From: a bacterium
GTDB lineage: Bacteria > Verrucomicrobiota > Kiritimatiellia > CAIKKV01 > CAITUY01
Assembly (NCBI GenBank): GCA_037132275.1
Contig: JBAXPK010000007.1
Location: forward strand, 518-64,517
Length of the DNA: 64,000 nucleotides
Direction of reading: 5' to 3'
The translations under genes were made by a program, and so were the position numbers. Every line of letters begins with the position of its first letter. Within the stretch, counting starts at the first letter, position 1. This document shows, in pieces, positions 17,824 to 27,400 of the stretch. The notes beneath the pieces are model-generated. The model searched no databases and was not told the DNA's origin. It saw only the letters and a list, made by a program, of their open reading frames with translations.

Positions 17824-18923
17824 GCGCCGCCATCGTCGTGGGAATCATGACGCTCTGCCTCGGGGTATTGTTTTTCTGGGCGTTTCGCGTCCTGCCCGGC
17901 GAGCCGTGGCAAATTCTGGCGGTATGGCCGCGCCAGAAGGAGCCTGATGGCACATGGCGCGGTACGAACCTGACTTACTATGGTCTATTCAATGGTCTAG
18001 GATTGGCGGTGGCGGTGGCGGTGACGGTGTTTCTGCTGGGAACCATGCGAATGCCGCTGCCCTATGTGGCGTGGTGTGTCTTTGTTCTCCTGGCGGTCAC
18101 GGTTCCTGCTTCCAAAATTGTCAATCGCATGGTGGAGGGACATTGGCACGGGTTCACCATTGGAGGGGCCTCATTCGTCGGGATGGTGGCGGGCCCCTGG
18201 TTGGTCTGGGGTATTTCCCGCCTGACTCTGTCAGCGGAGGAAGGGGCGATGGCGACGGTGTCTGTGATGGGTGCCATAGCGTGTGCCTATGCGTTGGGTG
18301 AAGGCATCGGGCGGTTAGCCTGCATCAGTTTCGGCTGTTGTTACGGGCGACCGCTGGCGGACTGTCCAGCCTGGCTTTCAAAATTATTCACTCACGGGGC
18401 TTTTGTCTTTGAGGGACGCTTAAAAAAATCCTCTTACGAACACAGGTATGAAGGCAAACGCCTGATTCCTGTGCAGGCCCTGACCGCCATCATCTCCAGC
18501 ATGGCCGGGCTCGTCGGCATGGCGGTATTCCTGGGCGGGCATCCGGTTCTAGCCTATGTGATGCCGGTTGTCGCTACGCAGGTGTGGAGGTTTGTGTCGG
18601 AATTCCTGCGGGCGGATTACCGGGGGGCGGGGCGGATTACTGCCTACCAGGGCATGGCCCTTGCGGGAGCGGCCTATACGGTGGCGCTTGGCCTTCTGTG
18701 GTCCGGCACGCTGGCGCTTACTCCCGATGTGGCTCGCGGCCTGGCGTTGCTATGGACTCCTGGCGCGATTCTATTAATTGAAGCCGTCGCCCTCTTTGTT
18801 GCCATTCGCATGGGCCTCAGTACAGTCACAACGGCCAGAATTCATTTCGGCCTCAGGCAGGATGGCGTGCCACCCGTGTCCCCTGCCTTGCGAACATCTG
18901 ACGGCTCGCTAACTCAGGACTAA
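17820..18923 (+). CDS. Divergent Lgt-family (prolipoprotein diacylglyceryl transferase-like) membrane protein
   Basis: ATGA overlap with psd. Multi-TM. WHGFTIGGASFVGMVAG against Lgt W.GGMSFHGGLIG. GEGIGRLACISFGCCYGRP against Lgt GAGRLGNFINGELWGR, with GN/NGE replaced by AC/GCC. WRFVSEFLRADYRG against Lgt FRIIVEFFRQPD. Confidence 0.5.
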   Translation: MSAAIVVGIMTLCLGVLFFWAFRVLPGEPWQILAVWPRQKEPDGTWRGTNLTYYGLFNGLGLAVAVAVTVFLLGTMRMPLPYVAWCVFVLLAVTVPASKIVNRMVEGHWHGFTIGGASFVGMVAGPWLVWGISRLTLSAEEGAMATVSVMGAIACAYALGEGIGRLACISFGCCYGRPLADCPAWLSKLFTHGAFVFEGRLKKSSYEHRYEGKRLIPVQALTAIISSMAGLVGMAVFLGGHPVLAYVMPVVATQVWRFVSEFLRADYRGAGRITAYQGMALAGAAYTVALGLLWSGTLALTPDVARGLALLWTPGAILLIEAVALFVAIRMGLSTVTTARIHFGLRQDGVPPVSPALRTSDGSLTQD

Positions 18924-18942
18924 TCTTTCTGCGGCATAGTCC
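18917..18942 (+). promoter_or_regulatory. Palindromic motif GGACTA-N14-TAGTCC containing the GACTAATC core (site 1)
   Basis: GGACTAATCTTTCTGCGGCATAGTCC overlaps the stop of the Lgt-like gene and lies just upstream of the secreted-protein gene. Its arms covary with site 2. Confidence 0.4.
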
Positions 18943-18950
18943 GCTGATCT

Positions 18951-19703
18951 ATGGCCGGTTCCCATAACCCTATCATGTCGGCGGGAGTCCTTCTCCTGAC
19001 TCTCTGCCTCCTTCCTGTCCACGCGGCCCATCCTCGCTTCTCTATCCCATCCCCAATCGCGCAGCCCTCTCCACTCACGAATAGGCCATCATTAATACCT
19101 TCCCCTTCCTTCTCTCGCTATTCCATCATCCTGACCCGGATGCCATTTGGAAACGAGGCGCCCTCTGTCGCCACTGCGGCCCGGGCCGAGGCCGCGGACA
19201 TTCCGGCTGAAAGTTTCTCCAAGACCCTTACGCTGTGCGCGATTACCCGAAGCCATGACACCGGCAAAGTCCAGGTTGGGCTTGTGGACCATGAGACCCG
19301 AAAAAGTTACTTCCTTGGCGAGGGTGATAAAGAAGATGGCCTGGAACTGAAGGAGGCCGATTATGTGGAGGAGAAGGCGTTACTCGCGATGGGGGAGAAG
19401 GAAGTGTGGTTGACGATGAAGGCGGGGGCGATGAAGACCCCTACGGGTGTCCGCAATCCATTCGGTTTTGAGAGCGCAACGTCTTCTCCACCGCCAAGCC
19501 CCGATGAGTCCGGAACCATGACCTTAGCGGCTATGAGCGGGGAGGCGGAGCCTGCCGCCGACAGTTTTAAGAAGCTCGTTATGAGTTCTCAAATGGAACT
19601 GCTTCGCGCCCGTGGCGCCAAGGGCCCGCCCTTGCCCATGGCCCTCACGCCAGAAATGGATGATCAACTCGTCAAGGAAGGCGTCCTCGCCCAGACGGAG
19701 TAG
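18951..19703 (+). CDS. Secreted Pro/Ser-rich hypothetical protein
   Basis: A signal-peptide-like N-terminus (alternative start MSAGVLLLTLCLLPVHAA at 18975). Low-complexity PSP-rich region. Flanked on both sides by GACTAAT motifs. Confidence 0.4.
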   Translation: MAGSHNPIMSAGVLLLTLCLLPVHAAHPRFSIPSPIAQPSPLTNRPSLIPSPSFSRYSIILTRMPFGNEAPSVATAARAEAADIPAESFSKTLTLCAITRSHDTGKVQVGLVDHETRKSYFLGEGDKEDGLELKEADYVEEKALLAMGEKEVWLTMKAGAMKTPTGVRNPFGFESATSSPPPSPDESGTMTLAAMSGEAEPAADSFKKLVMSSQMELLRARGAKGPPLPMALTPEMDDQLVKEGVLAQTE

Positions 19704-19745
19704 GACAGAACGACATGGCGGGCGAGTATGAGCGCCCTTACAAAG

Positions 19746-19783
19746 TTCTGACCGCAGACTAATTCGAGACTAATCATTCTGCG
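19746..19783 (+). promoter_or_regulatory. Tandem AGACTAAT direct repeats (11-bp register) plus palindrome AGACTA-N14-TAGTCT (site 2)
   Basis: AGACTAATTCG AGACTAATCATTCTGCGGCATAGTCT lies 60-100 nt upstream of the response-regulator start. An 11-bp direct-repeat register is typical of OmpR/PhoB-family binding sites. Confidence 0.45.
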
Positions 19784-19843
19784 GCATAGTCTGACCCAGA
19801 TTATATCCCGGGCGCTGTTCCCGTTCGCAGGGACGACTATTCT

Positions 19844-20542
19844 ATGGCTGTTGCTCAGAAACATATACTGATTGTTGAAGACGAGGATGATATCCTTGAG
19901 TTGGAGCGCTACAATCTGACGCGGGAGGGCTTCAGCGTGGCCGCAGTTTCGCGCGGCGAGGATACCCTCAAGGCGGTGACCCAGAAGAGGCCGGATCTCA
20001 TTCTCCTGGATCTCATGCTGCCGGGTATGAACGGGCTTGAAGTGTGCCAGAAACTCAAAGCAGATCCCTCAACCGCCGACATCCCGATCATCATGGTCAC
20101 AGCCAAAGGCGAGGAATCGGACATCATTGTGGGGCTGGAACTCGGGGCGGACGATTATGTGAACAAGCCCTTCAGCATCAAAGTGCTCATTTCCCGCATC
20201 CGTGTTGCGCTGCGCCGTCAGCCGATCAAAGCTTATGACCAGAAGCATGGCCTGCGGGTCGGTGACGTGGAGATCAATCCCAGCCGTTTTCAGGTGAAGA
20301 TCAAGGGAAAACCCATTGTGGGGCTCACGGTGACAGAGTTCCACCTGCTTCACTTTCTTGCCAGCCGTTCAGGCCGTGTCATGAACCGGCAACAGATCCT
20401 GGATGCTGTGCGCGGTGAGGATATTGCCGTGACTGAGCGGGCGGTGGATGTCCAGATGGTCGGCTTACGCAAGAAGCTCGGCTCCGCCGCAGATTACATT
20501 GAGGCCGTGCGTGGAGTGGGATACCGCTTCAGGGACGGCTGA
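19844..20542 (+). CDS. OmpR/PhoB-family response regulator (orphan, no adjacent kinase)
   Basis: REC domain (ILIVEDEDDI...LILLDLMLPGMNG...IIMVTAKGEE). C-terminal winged helix (...GLTVTEFHLLHFLASRSGRVMNRQQILDAV...VGYRFRD). Confidence 0.85.
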   Translation: MAVAQKHILIVEDEDDILELERYNLTREGFSVAAVSRGEDTLKAVTQKRPDLILLDLMLPGMNGLEVCQKLKADPSTADIPIIMVTAKGEESDIIVGLELGADDYVNKPFSIKVLISRIRVALRRQPIKAYDQKHGLRVGDVEINPSRFQVKIKGKPIVGLTVTEFHLLHFLASRSGRVMNRQQILDAVRGEDIAVTERAVDVQMVGLRKKLGSAADYIEAVRGVGYRFRDG

Positions 20543-20628
20543 GTCCTGCTGTGACCCTGTCGATGGCCCGCTGATCGCGCCTCCACACCTCCTTAAAACA
20601 CGTTTTCCACCCTTTCGGTGTCTCCGTA

Positions 20629-20636
20629 AGACTAAT
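20629..20636 (+). promoter_or_regulatory. Third AGACTAAT core copy (site 3)
   Basis: AAGACTAATTGAAAAAAACGG lies in the 360-nt AT-rich intergenic region upstream of the secreted-protein gene at 20903. Confidence 0.3.
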
Positions 20637-20902
20637 TGAAAAAAACGGAAGCTCTAATTCACTCCAAACGCTCATTTTTCATGATGCTGATGTTTTCAAA
20701 GGCTTAGGAGGTGCGCGAAGTCGGTCGGCATGGTCGGCAACAAGGCGCGGCAAGAAAGAACAGAGAAGGAGGTGAACACGAGAAAAGACGGGGATGGAAT
20801 ACGGAAGAAGGCGTGAGTCGATAACCAGTAAGATAGCATTTAACTTGAGCAAGATCATAAACGGAAAAGTTAAGACTAAAGAAACAAACAGGAATAAAAA
20901 GA

Positions 20903-22987
20903 ATGAAGAAGAATCAAAAAACTAAAATATTAGGACTGATGTCCGCTGCGGCGTTATCGCTCGGCATGCAGCAGGCCGGGGCCGCCGACGTCACAGTGTC
21001 GGCCGATATTACTGCGAATACAACGTGGTCGAGCAATAACGTGTACAAATTGGATCGCCTGATCTTCGTCAAGAACGGGGCGACCTTGACCATCCAACCT
21101 GGGACGGTTGTCCGCGGATTGCCGATCGGCCCCGTGCCACAGCAACCGGGAACGTTGCTCATCGCGCGCGGTTCGAAGATCAATGCCCAGGGCACGGCGG
21201 CGAACCCGATCGTGTTCACGGACCAGTATGACAACAATGTCGGGTCAAATCCCGGAAGCGTTGTCAATGGTAATGACTATGGCGCGCTGAACAACCAACT
21301 CACCGGGCAGTGGGGTGGCTTGATTCTCGCGGGCAAGTCCTACATTGCCTGGGACGGGATGGACAGTGTTGGCGTCTACACGCCGGACGGTACGGTCGCC
21401 ACAGCGATCGAAGGTCTGAGCAGCACGAGCGACATCAACTACGGCGGTAACAACGACCTCGACAACAGCGGCGTCTTAAACTACGTCTCGGTTCGTTATG
21501 GTGGTTACATCCTCGGGTCGTCGAAGGAAATCAACGGTATTACCTGCTGCGGCGTGGGCCGTGGTACAACGTTGGATCATCTCGACGTCTACAACACCAA
21601 GGACGACAATATCGAGTTCTTCGGCGGCACAGTCGGCATGAAGCACTTGATTGCCTGGGGTGGTAATGACGACGGGATTGACACCGACACCGGCTGGCGC
21701 GGCAAGATCCAGTTCGCGATGGTGGTTCAGGGTTACAACACCTTGGTGGGCCCTGCCCCCCAGGCTCCTGACTCCGGCGACAAAGGGTTGGAGTGGGACG
21801 GTGCGGGCGACAGCACGGGGTTCAATGACGATCCCCAGTCCTGTGGCACGATGTTCAACTTCACGCTCGTCGGCATGGGCTCGAACTCCATGGACCAGGC
21901 GAACACCGCCTTCAACCTGCGCGACAACGCGGGTGGACGGTTGTACAACGGCCTTGTTCTGGATTTCGGTGGCGGTTGCACCCTGATCGAGGGTAACACC
22001 AACTCCTGGCCTCTTGGCGCAAACTGCTCGGCGATGAAACTGTTCCAGGACTATGCCCAGGACAGCTACTTCACCAGCGGCACGAACAAGCAGGGCGTGG
22101 CTCTGACCTACAAGCCGGCCAATATCAACTACATCGGCTATCCCGATGCCATCGCCGGGTCCAAGAAGATGGAATTCAAGAAGATTGCGTTCTGGAACAT
22201 GGGCATCCCTCATTCCATCGGTATGAATGCCGGGTTCGACACCACTGCCGGCAAACTGCTGTGCGGGTCGGACAATGGTCGTTTCTCAACCCATGAACAC
22301 TTCGGTTTCTACCCGGACAATACGGGTTATGACATCGTCGCGGCGGGCAACGCAGGCGGCAATACGGTTGAAGCAGCTCTTCCGATCCAGTACTACGAGC
22401 GGGACGCTGTCGCGGCCACATTCCAGCCGACGTTCCGTTCGGGTGCTCACCCCTACACCAACGTCAAGTTGATTGACCCCCGCGTCACCACCAACCTTAT
22501 GACCAAGGGTATCATGCCTCCGGCCGACGGATTCTTCACCCCTGTGAACTTCCTTGGCGCAATGGGCACGAAGAACTGGGCGGGTCCGTGGAGCACGGCG
22601 TGGCGCTTGGGTGGTTTTGTGACCAACGGCGTGCCTACCGGCGACGAAACCGGTATCGTGCCTAAGATCACCAAGACCGGCTCGGGTTCCACCGGCAAGG
22701 TGAACATCTCGCTGGCCAACGACTCTTATCTGGGGACGCAGGCGGACTTCTGGCTGATTGCAGCCAAGGGAACCACCTACTACCACTACAACTTGGCCAA
22801 CAACAAGTGGGTGTTAGGTCTCAATCCCACCTATCAGGGGGCCTTGATCGACCTGGGTGTGACCCCGATGTCGATGACGTACCTGCCCACAGGCAGCTAC
22901 ACGGTGTACTTCGGTGTGGATCTGGTCAAAGATGGCGCTCTCCAGTTGGACAGCCTGTCTGTCGCGGCCGTGACCTACACGCGGTAA
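20903..22987 (+). CDS. Large secreted protein; C-terminal ~100 aa domain shared with CDS 2..1873
   Basis: Signal peptide MKKNQKTKILGLMSAAALSLGMQQAGA. Gly/Asn/Thr-rich. C-terminus DFWLIAAKGTTYYHYNLANNKWVLGLNPTYQGALIDLGVTPMSMTYLPTGSYTVYFGVDLVKDG aligns with the C-terminus of the first CDS. Confidence 0.6.
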   Translation: MKKNQKTKILGLMSAAALSLGMQQAGAADVTVSADITANTTWSSNNVYKLDRLIFVKNGATLTIQPGTVVRGLPIGPVPQQPGTLLIARGSKINAQGTAANPIVFTDQYDNNVGSNPGSVVNGNDYGALNNQLTGQWGGLILAGKSYIAWDGMDSVGVYTPDGTVATAIEGLSSTSDINYGGNNDLDNSGVLNYVSVRYGGYILGSSKEINGITCCGVGRGTTLDHLDVYNTKDDNIEFFGGTVGMKHLIAWGGNDDGIDTDTGWRGKIQFAMVVQGYNTLVGPAPQAPDSGDKGLEWDGAGDSTGFNDDPQSCGTMFNFTLVGMGSNSMDQANTAFNLRDNAGGRLYNGLVLDFGGGCTLIEGNTNSWPLGANCSAMKLFQDYAQDSYFTSGTNKQGVALTYKPANINYIGYPDAIAGSKKMEFKKIAFWNMGIPHSIGMNAGFDTTAGKLLCGSDNGRFSTHEHFGFYPDNTGYDIVAAGNAGGNTVEAALPIQYYERDAVAATFQPTFRSGAHPYTNVKLIDPRVTTNLMTKGIMPPADGFFTPVNFLGAMGTKNWAGPWSTAWRLGGFVTNGVPTGDETGIVPKITKTGSGSTGKVNISLANDSYLGTQADFWLIAAKGTTYYHYNLANNKWVLGLNPTYQGALIDLGVTPMSMTYLPTGSYTVYFGVDLVKDGALQLDSLSVAAVTYTR

Positions 22988-23013
22988 TCCCTTTGCATAG
23001 TATATGAAGGAGG

Positions 23014-23048
23014 CTGGCAGCAGGGGTGACCCTGCTGCCAGTTTTTTT
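23014..23048 (+). terminator. Rho-independent terminator
   Basis: 12-bp stem CTGGCAGCAGGG / CCCTGCTGCCAG with loop GTGA, followed by TTTTTTT. It lies 27 nt after the stop at 22987. Confidence 0.8.
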
Positions 23049-23170
23049 GTCTACAAAAGGGTGGGAGGGCGTCGTGATATAAAGAATGCAAACCCAAAAC
23101 ACACACGGGTTTAATATCAGGCTAACAATCGGAACCTATAATCACGCCTTTAATCAAAGGAACACATCTC

Positions 23171-24400
23171 ATGACAAACAGATTTTGGGCACAAACCAAC
23201 ATCTTCACAACACTGGCGATCACAAGCGGCCTTATGCTGGCATTAGCCGGAGGATGCAAGCCGTCTGAGCCGTCTCTTCCAACTTCAAGAAACGCAGGAC
23301 AGGCCGGACCCCTCGGATATGGCTGGGTTTTCGCGTGTGCGATCACCAATGATGAGATAGACCTGAGTGACCGCTGTCTGGCCCAGAAAGCGGTGGCTCT
23401 TGCCTATCTAGCCGAAGGTAATGTCGAAATGGCCCAGGCGTGTGCGTTGCAGATCGAGGATTACAGCCGGGGAATGGTACTCGCCGCCATCGCGGAGTGG
23501 CTTGTCGCGCATAACGAGTCTGAGAAGGCCGAGGCATTGCTTCCGGCGCTGGAAGCCAGTGGATTTGTGGCGAAGGATTGGCAGCGTGAGTACATTGGTT
23601 CGGCCATCATACGGGTTCAAGCCCTATTGGGTAAGGAGCAAGTAGTGGTCAAGAACGCCGCAAAATTCAGCGACCACTCCCGTCTTGGGGGTGATGTCGC
23701 GGCGAGTCTGGCACTCGTGCTGGCGCGAACTGGCCGCGTGGATGAAGCCACGGGCATTCTCGGAAATCTGACGCAGACGAACGGGCTTAATACCGCAGAT
23801 TCAAGCGTGAAAGGGTACTTGGATATGGCCGCGTTGGGGCGACTTGACCGGGGTGCGGTGACGCAGGCGCTCGTCAAGGCCTGGGAAGCGGCGGGAACCA
23901 TCCGGCCGCCCCGGCGGTGGGATCTGCAGTTAGAGGTGATTGATGCCATGACCAAACAGGGGATGTCCAAGGACGCCCTCGAACATCTTGCCCTGACATC
24001 CTCCAACATCACGATCGCCGTTAAACTTCCCCCGGAGGTTCACTCCGCGATGCTCTGCCAGTGCGCGCTGTTATGGAAAAAACTGGGGCAACCACAGAAC
24101 GGTGAGGCTCTGCGCGGCGAGGCAGAAAAAGCCATTGCTCGAAAAATGGAAGTGATCTTCCAGCCCGGTGCCTACGCGATCATCGCAACGATGTACGCCG
24201 AAGCCGGCGATCTAGCACAGGCCAGAACGTGGTATGGCCGCGCCCTGGACGTGGCCGCCGGTCTTGAGAACCGCCGACCCAGGGCCCAGGCTGGCGTGGA
24301 AGTGTGTGAGTCGTTGGCAAGACATAAAGAGGTTATTGATGCGGGCATCCAAAAGAGGCTTGAACGCCTCAACGGGACATTTGATGTCGCGCAACCCTAA
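23171..24400 (+). CDS. Helical-repeat (TPR-like) lipoprotein
   Basis: Signal plus lipobox (LMLALAGGCKP). Alpha-helical Ala/Leu-rich repeats. The 3' end overlaps the downstream receptor start by 17 nt. Confidence 0.45.
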   Translation: MTNRFWAQTNIFTTLAITSGLMLALAGGCKPSEPSLPTSRNAGQAGPLGYGWVFACAITNDEIDLSDRCLAQKAVALAYLAEGNVEMAQACALQIEDYSRGMVLAAIAEWLVAHNESEKAEALLPALEASGFVAKDWQREYIGSAIIRVQALLGKEQVVVKNAAKFSDHSRLGGDVAASLALVLARTGRVDEATGILGNLTQTNGLNTADSSVKGYLDMAALGRLDRGAVTQALVKAWEAAGTIRPPRRWDLQLEVIDAMTKQGMSKDALEHLALTSSNITIAVKLPPEVHSAMLCQCALLWKKLGQPQNGEALRGEAEKAIARKMEVIFQPGAYAIIATMYAEAGDLAQARTWYGRALDVAAGLENRRPRAQAGVEVCESLARHKEVIDAGIQKRLERLNGTFDVAQP

Positions 24401-27400
24401 AGGGTGGTTGTTGGCGGTTGTTTTGATTACGGGACTCGCATGGGCACTGCCAACCTGCGGGCAGATTCCTTTTGGGGGGATTCGCGGTTCGGTTTCAGAT
24501 GCGGAGTTCGGAGGCCCGGCGGCACAGGCCACGATCCAGGTGGTGGAACTGAACAAGGGGCAGGTCACATCGGAGGACGGGCATTTCATTGTCGAGGGAT
24601 TGCCGCCGGGAAACTACACCATAACGGTCTCAAAGCCGGGTTACGAGCGGCATGTCCAATCGGCTGTAATCGTGGTAGCCGGGGCGTTGACGGATTTGGC
24701 GATTGAGTTGAAGGGTGAATTCACCGAGATGGAGGAATTGACGGTGCGCGACTTGGAATTGACGGATACCGCGAGCGAAACCGGCCTGCTGAACCTGCGC
24801 CGCAATACGCTGTCGTTCCAAGATTCCGTCAGCAAGGACATGATGCGGCGCGCCGGGGCAAGTGATGCGGCCGGGGCGCTGAAACTGGTCGTTGGTGCCT
24901 CGGTGGTGGACGGCAAGTACGCCACCGTTCGAGGCATGAGTGACCGGTATGTCGGGGTTGCGCTGAATGGCATGCGTGTACCCAGTTCCGATCCCAAGAA
25001 GCGCGCCGTACAATTGGATATCTTTCCTTCCGGAACGATCGAGAGCATGACCGTGTCCAAGACCTTCACCGCGGATCTGCCGGGTGATTACAGCGGCGGC
25101 GGTGTCAATATCCGGACGATTTCGATTCCTGAAAAGCCGTTTATGAAAGCATCCCTATCTCGTGAGGTCAATGGGCAGTTTACCGGGAAAGATGGCTTCG
25201 TCACCTACGACGGGTCGGGGTGCAGCCAGTGGGGTCGCGATCAGGGGTCGCGGGCCATGCCGACGGATTTGGCGAACATGACTCGGAATCCGATTCTTAC
25301 CAGTAGCATTATCGCGGGTGGTTCACTGCCGTCGAGCTTCTCGTTACACAATCAGTTGGTGGACGCCGATCATCCGCAAGACCCCGTCTATGCGGAGTAT
25401 GACCGCATTACCCGTTCCCTCTCCCCTGCCATGGGTGTCAAGTTTACCAAGGTGCCCGACGGGAACTATGGGTATTCGCTGAGTGGAGGCAGTCGCAAGG
25501 ATGTGGGAGGCGGCTGGACGGCGGGGGGGATTGGCGCGTTCACCTACAGCGACAAGTTTACGGTGCAGGATGCGGCCGAGCAGTCCTACTCGCGGGCCGA
25601 GTTCGGAGGTGTGAATCTCGCGGACAACAACCAGTTCCGCCGCCAGACCGGGAGTCAGGAAGTCAAGGACAGCATGCTGGCGTCGGTGGGATTGGCCCAA
25701 GGGGATGAGCAGGCGTTTGGATTCACATGGCTCAGGACTCAGGCCGCCACAGACCGTGCCTCCATCAGAAATGACATGACGTTTCCCAATACGATGCCTG
25801 TGGATGCTCAGGTGGATCGGGTTCAGGGCATCCAGTACACCGAGCGATCCACGGATTCCAAGCAGTATACCTGGCATCGGAAGTTTGATCCGGTGGAGGT
25901 TGAGTTGTTCGGGGCGCACAATGTCGTTCGACAGTACGATCCGGATACGCGGCGTTTCAAAGAACAAGTTTCGCGGTCGGGGCCGGAGGAGTGGAATTTT
26001 ATCATTCCCCAACCCTCCAGCGTGATGTCCGTCTACAATGCTGCGCGTATCTGGCGTGATATCGAAGAGGATAACACCCAAGAGGGAATCAACCTTAACC
26101 TCCCCTTCAAGGCAAACGATTCCGATGGCCGATTCAAACTCGGCGCACTCAAAGACATGACCCAGCGGTCGTTTACTCAGTCGGCTTTCACCTATCTCGG
26201 GGTGTCGCGGTTCCGCCAGAAGCCCCCCGCTGACAGTTCCGATGCTGATGCGCAGAAGTGGTACACCAATGATGTCAAGAGTGCCGATTTCAAGACGACC
26301 TCGTCGGATCCCTCCGCGTTGTGGACGGATACTTTTACGGCTGACAATAATATCGGCGCCGGGCCCTATCAGAACGAAATGCGGTGGTATATCATTCCGC
26401 AGATCGGGCAGAATAACGTAAACTATCAAGCCAGTCAGGATCTTCCCTCAGGGTATTGGATGCTGGATTATCCGTTAACGTCGCGACTCAAGGCCCTTGC
26501 CGGCGCCCGGCTTGAAGTTACCGACATTTCGATCGATCCGATTTCGGCTTATGAAGCCATCCAGCCGGGAAGTTATTCCTACTCGGTGTTGACCCTGGAG
26601 TCGGGCGCGTATTCCTTCAAGCCCGCCACGCGGGCTGACGTCCAGACCCATATGCAGGAGGCGGACTGGTTGCGCTCGATGGGTCTGGTGTACGAACTCG
26701 CCCCGAAAATGAACCTTCGGGTCAACTGGTCGCAGACCATTGCTCGTCCCACCATTCGGGAGTTGGCCCCGGTGCTGTCGGTGGATCCCATCGAAAACGA
26801 GAATTTTGTCGGTAATCCGAACCTGAAGGTTTCGCATGTGGAAAACGATGACGTGCGATGGGAGTGGTTTCGGAAGCCGGGCGAGGTGTGGGCGGTCAGC
26901 TGGTTTTACAAGAAGATCACCGATCCTATTGAAAAGATCTCCTTTAACTATTACGGTGACCCGTATGTCGTGGCGGTCAACTATCCTGAGGGCCAGGTTT
27001 CCGGAATGGAATACGAGGCCCGAAAAGACCTCGATTTCCTGCCTGGGCCTTTCGGATACCTGCATGTGGGCGCCAACTATACCCGCATGAAATCACTAGT
27101 GGTGTTGCCCGATGAATATGCGAACCGGTTGAAGAACTACGATCTTTATCCCGAGGAGCGGGATCCTTCCGACGAGTATGTGTCGCCCTTTGACCAGTTT
27201 GCGAAGGGCTTTGTCTTCAGTTTCTTTAATATGGAAGATGTTGGGAAATCGAAGGGGGCTACGCGTGACATGGAGGGGCAGCCGGATTTTCTATTCAACT
27301 TCAACTTGGGATATGACATTGAGAAATGGGGAACCTCCATCAACTGGTTCTATAACATTCGCGGCGATATGCTTAAGACCGGCGCGGCAGTGGCGGATTA

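Noticed and set aside
17820-18923. Calling the membrane protein the housekeeping prolipoprotein diacylglyceryl transferase Lgt
   Set aside because: The family resemblance is clear, but the Lgt signature G-R-x-G-N-x-x-N-G-E is altered to GRLACISFGCC and the gene is coupled to psd and an unknown protein. It is called Lgt-family-like only.
21476-22213. 245-aa minus-strand ORF inside the 20903..22987 secreted-protein gene
   Set aside because: Antisense to a long coherent ORF that has a signal peptide and conserved C-terminal domain. Its composition is not protein-like.
25344-26429. 361-aa minus-strand ORF inside the TonB-dependent receptor gene
   Set aside because: Antisense to a gene with clear plug and barrel features. 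An artefact of GC-rich codon usage.
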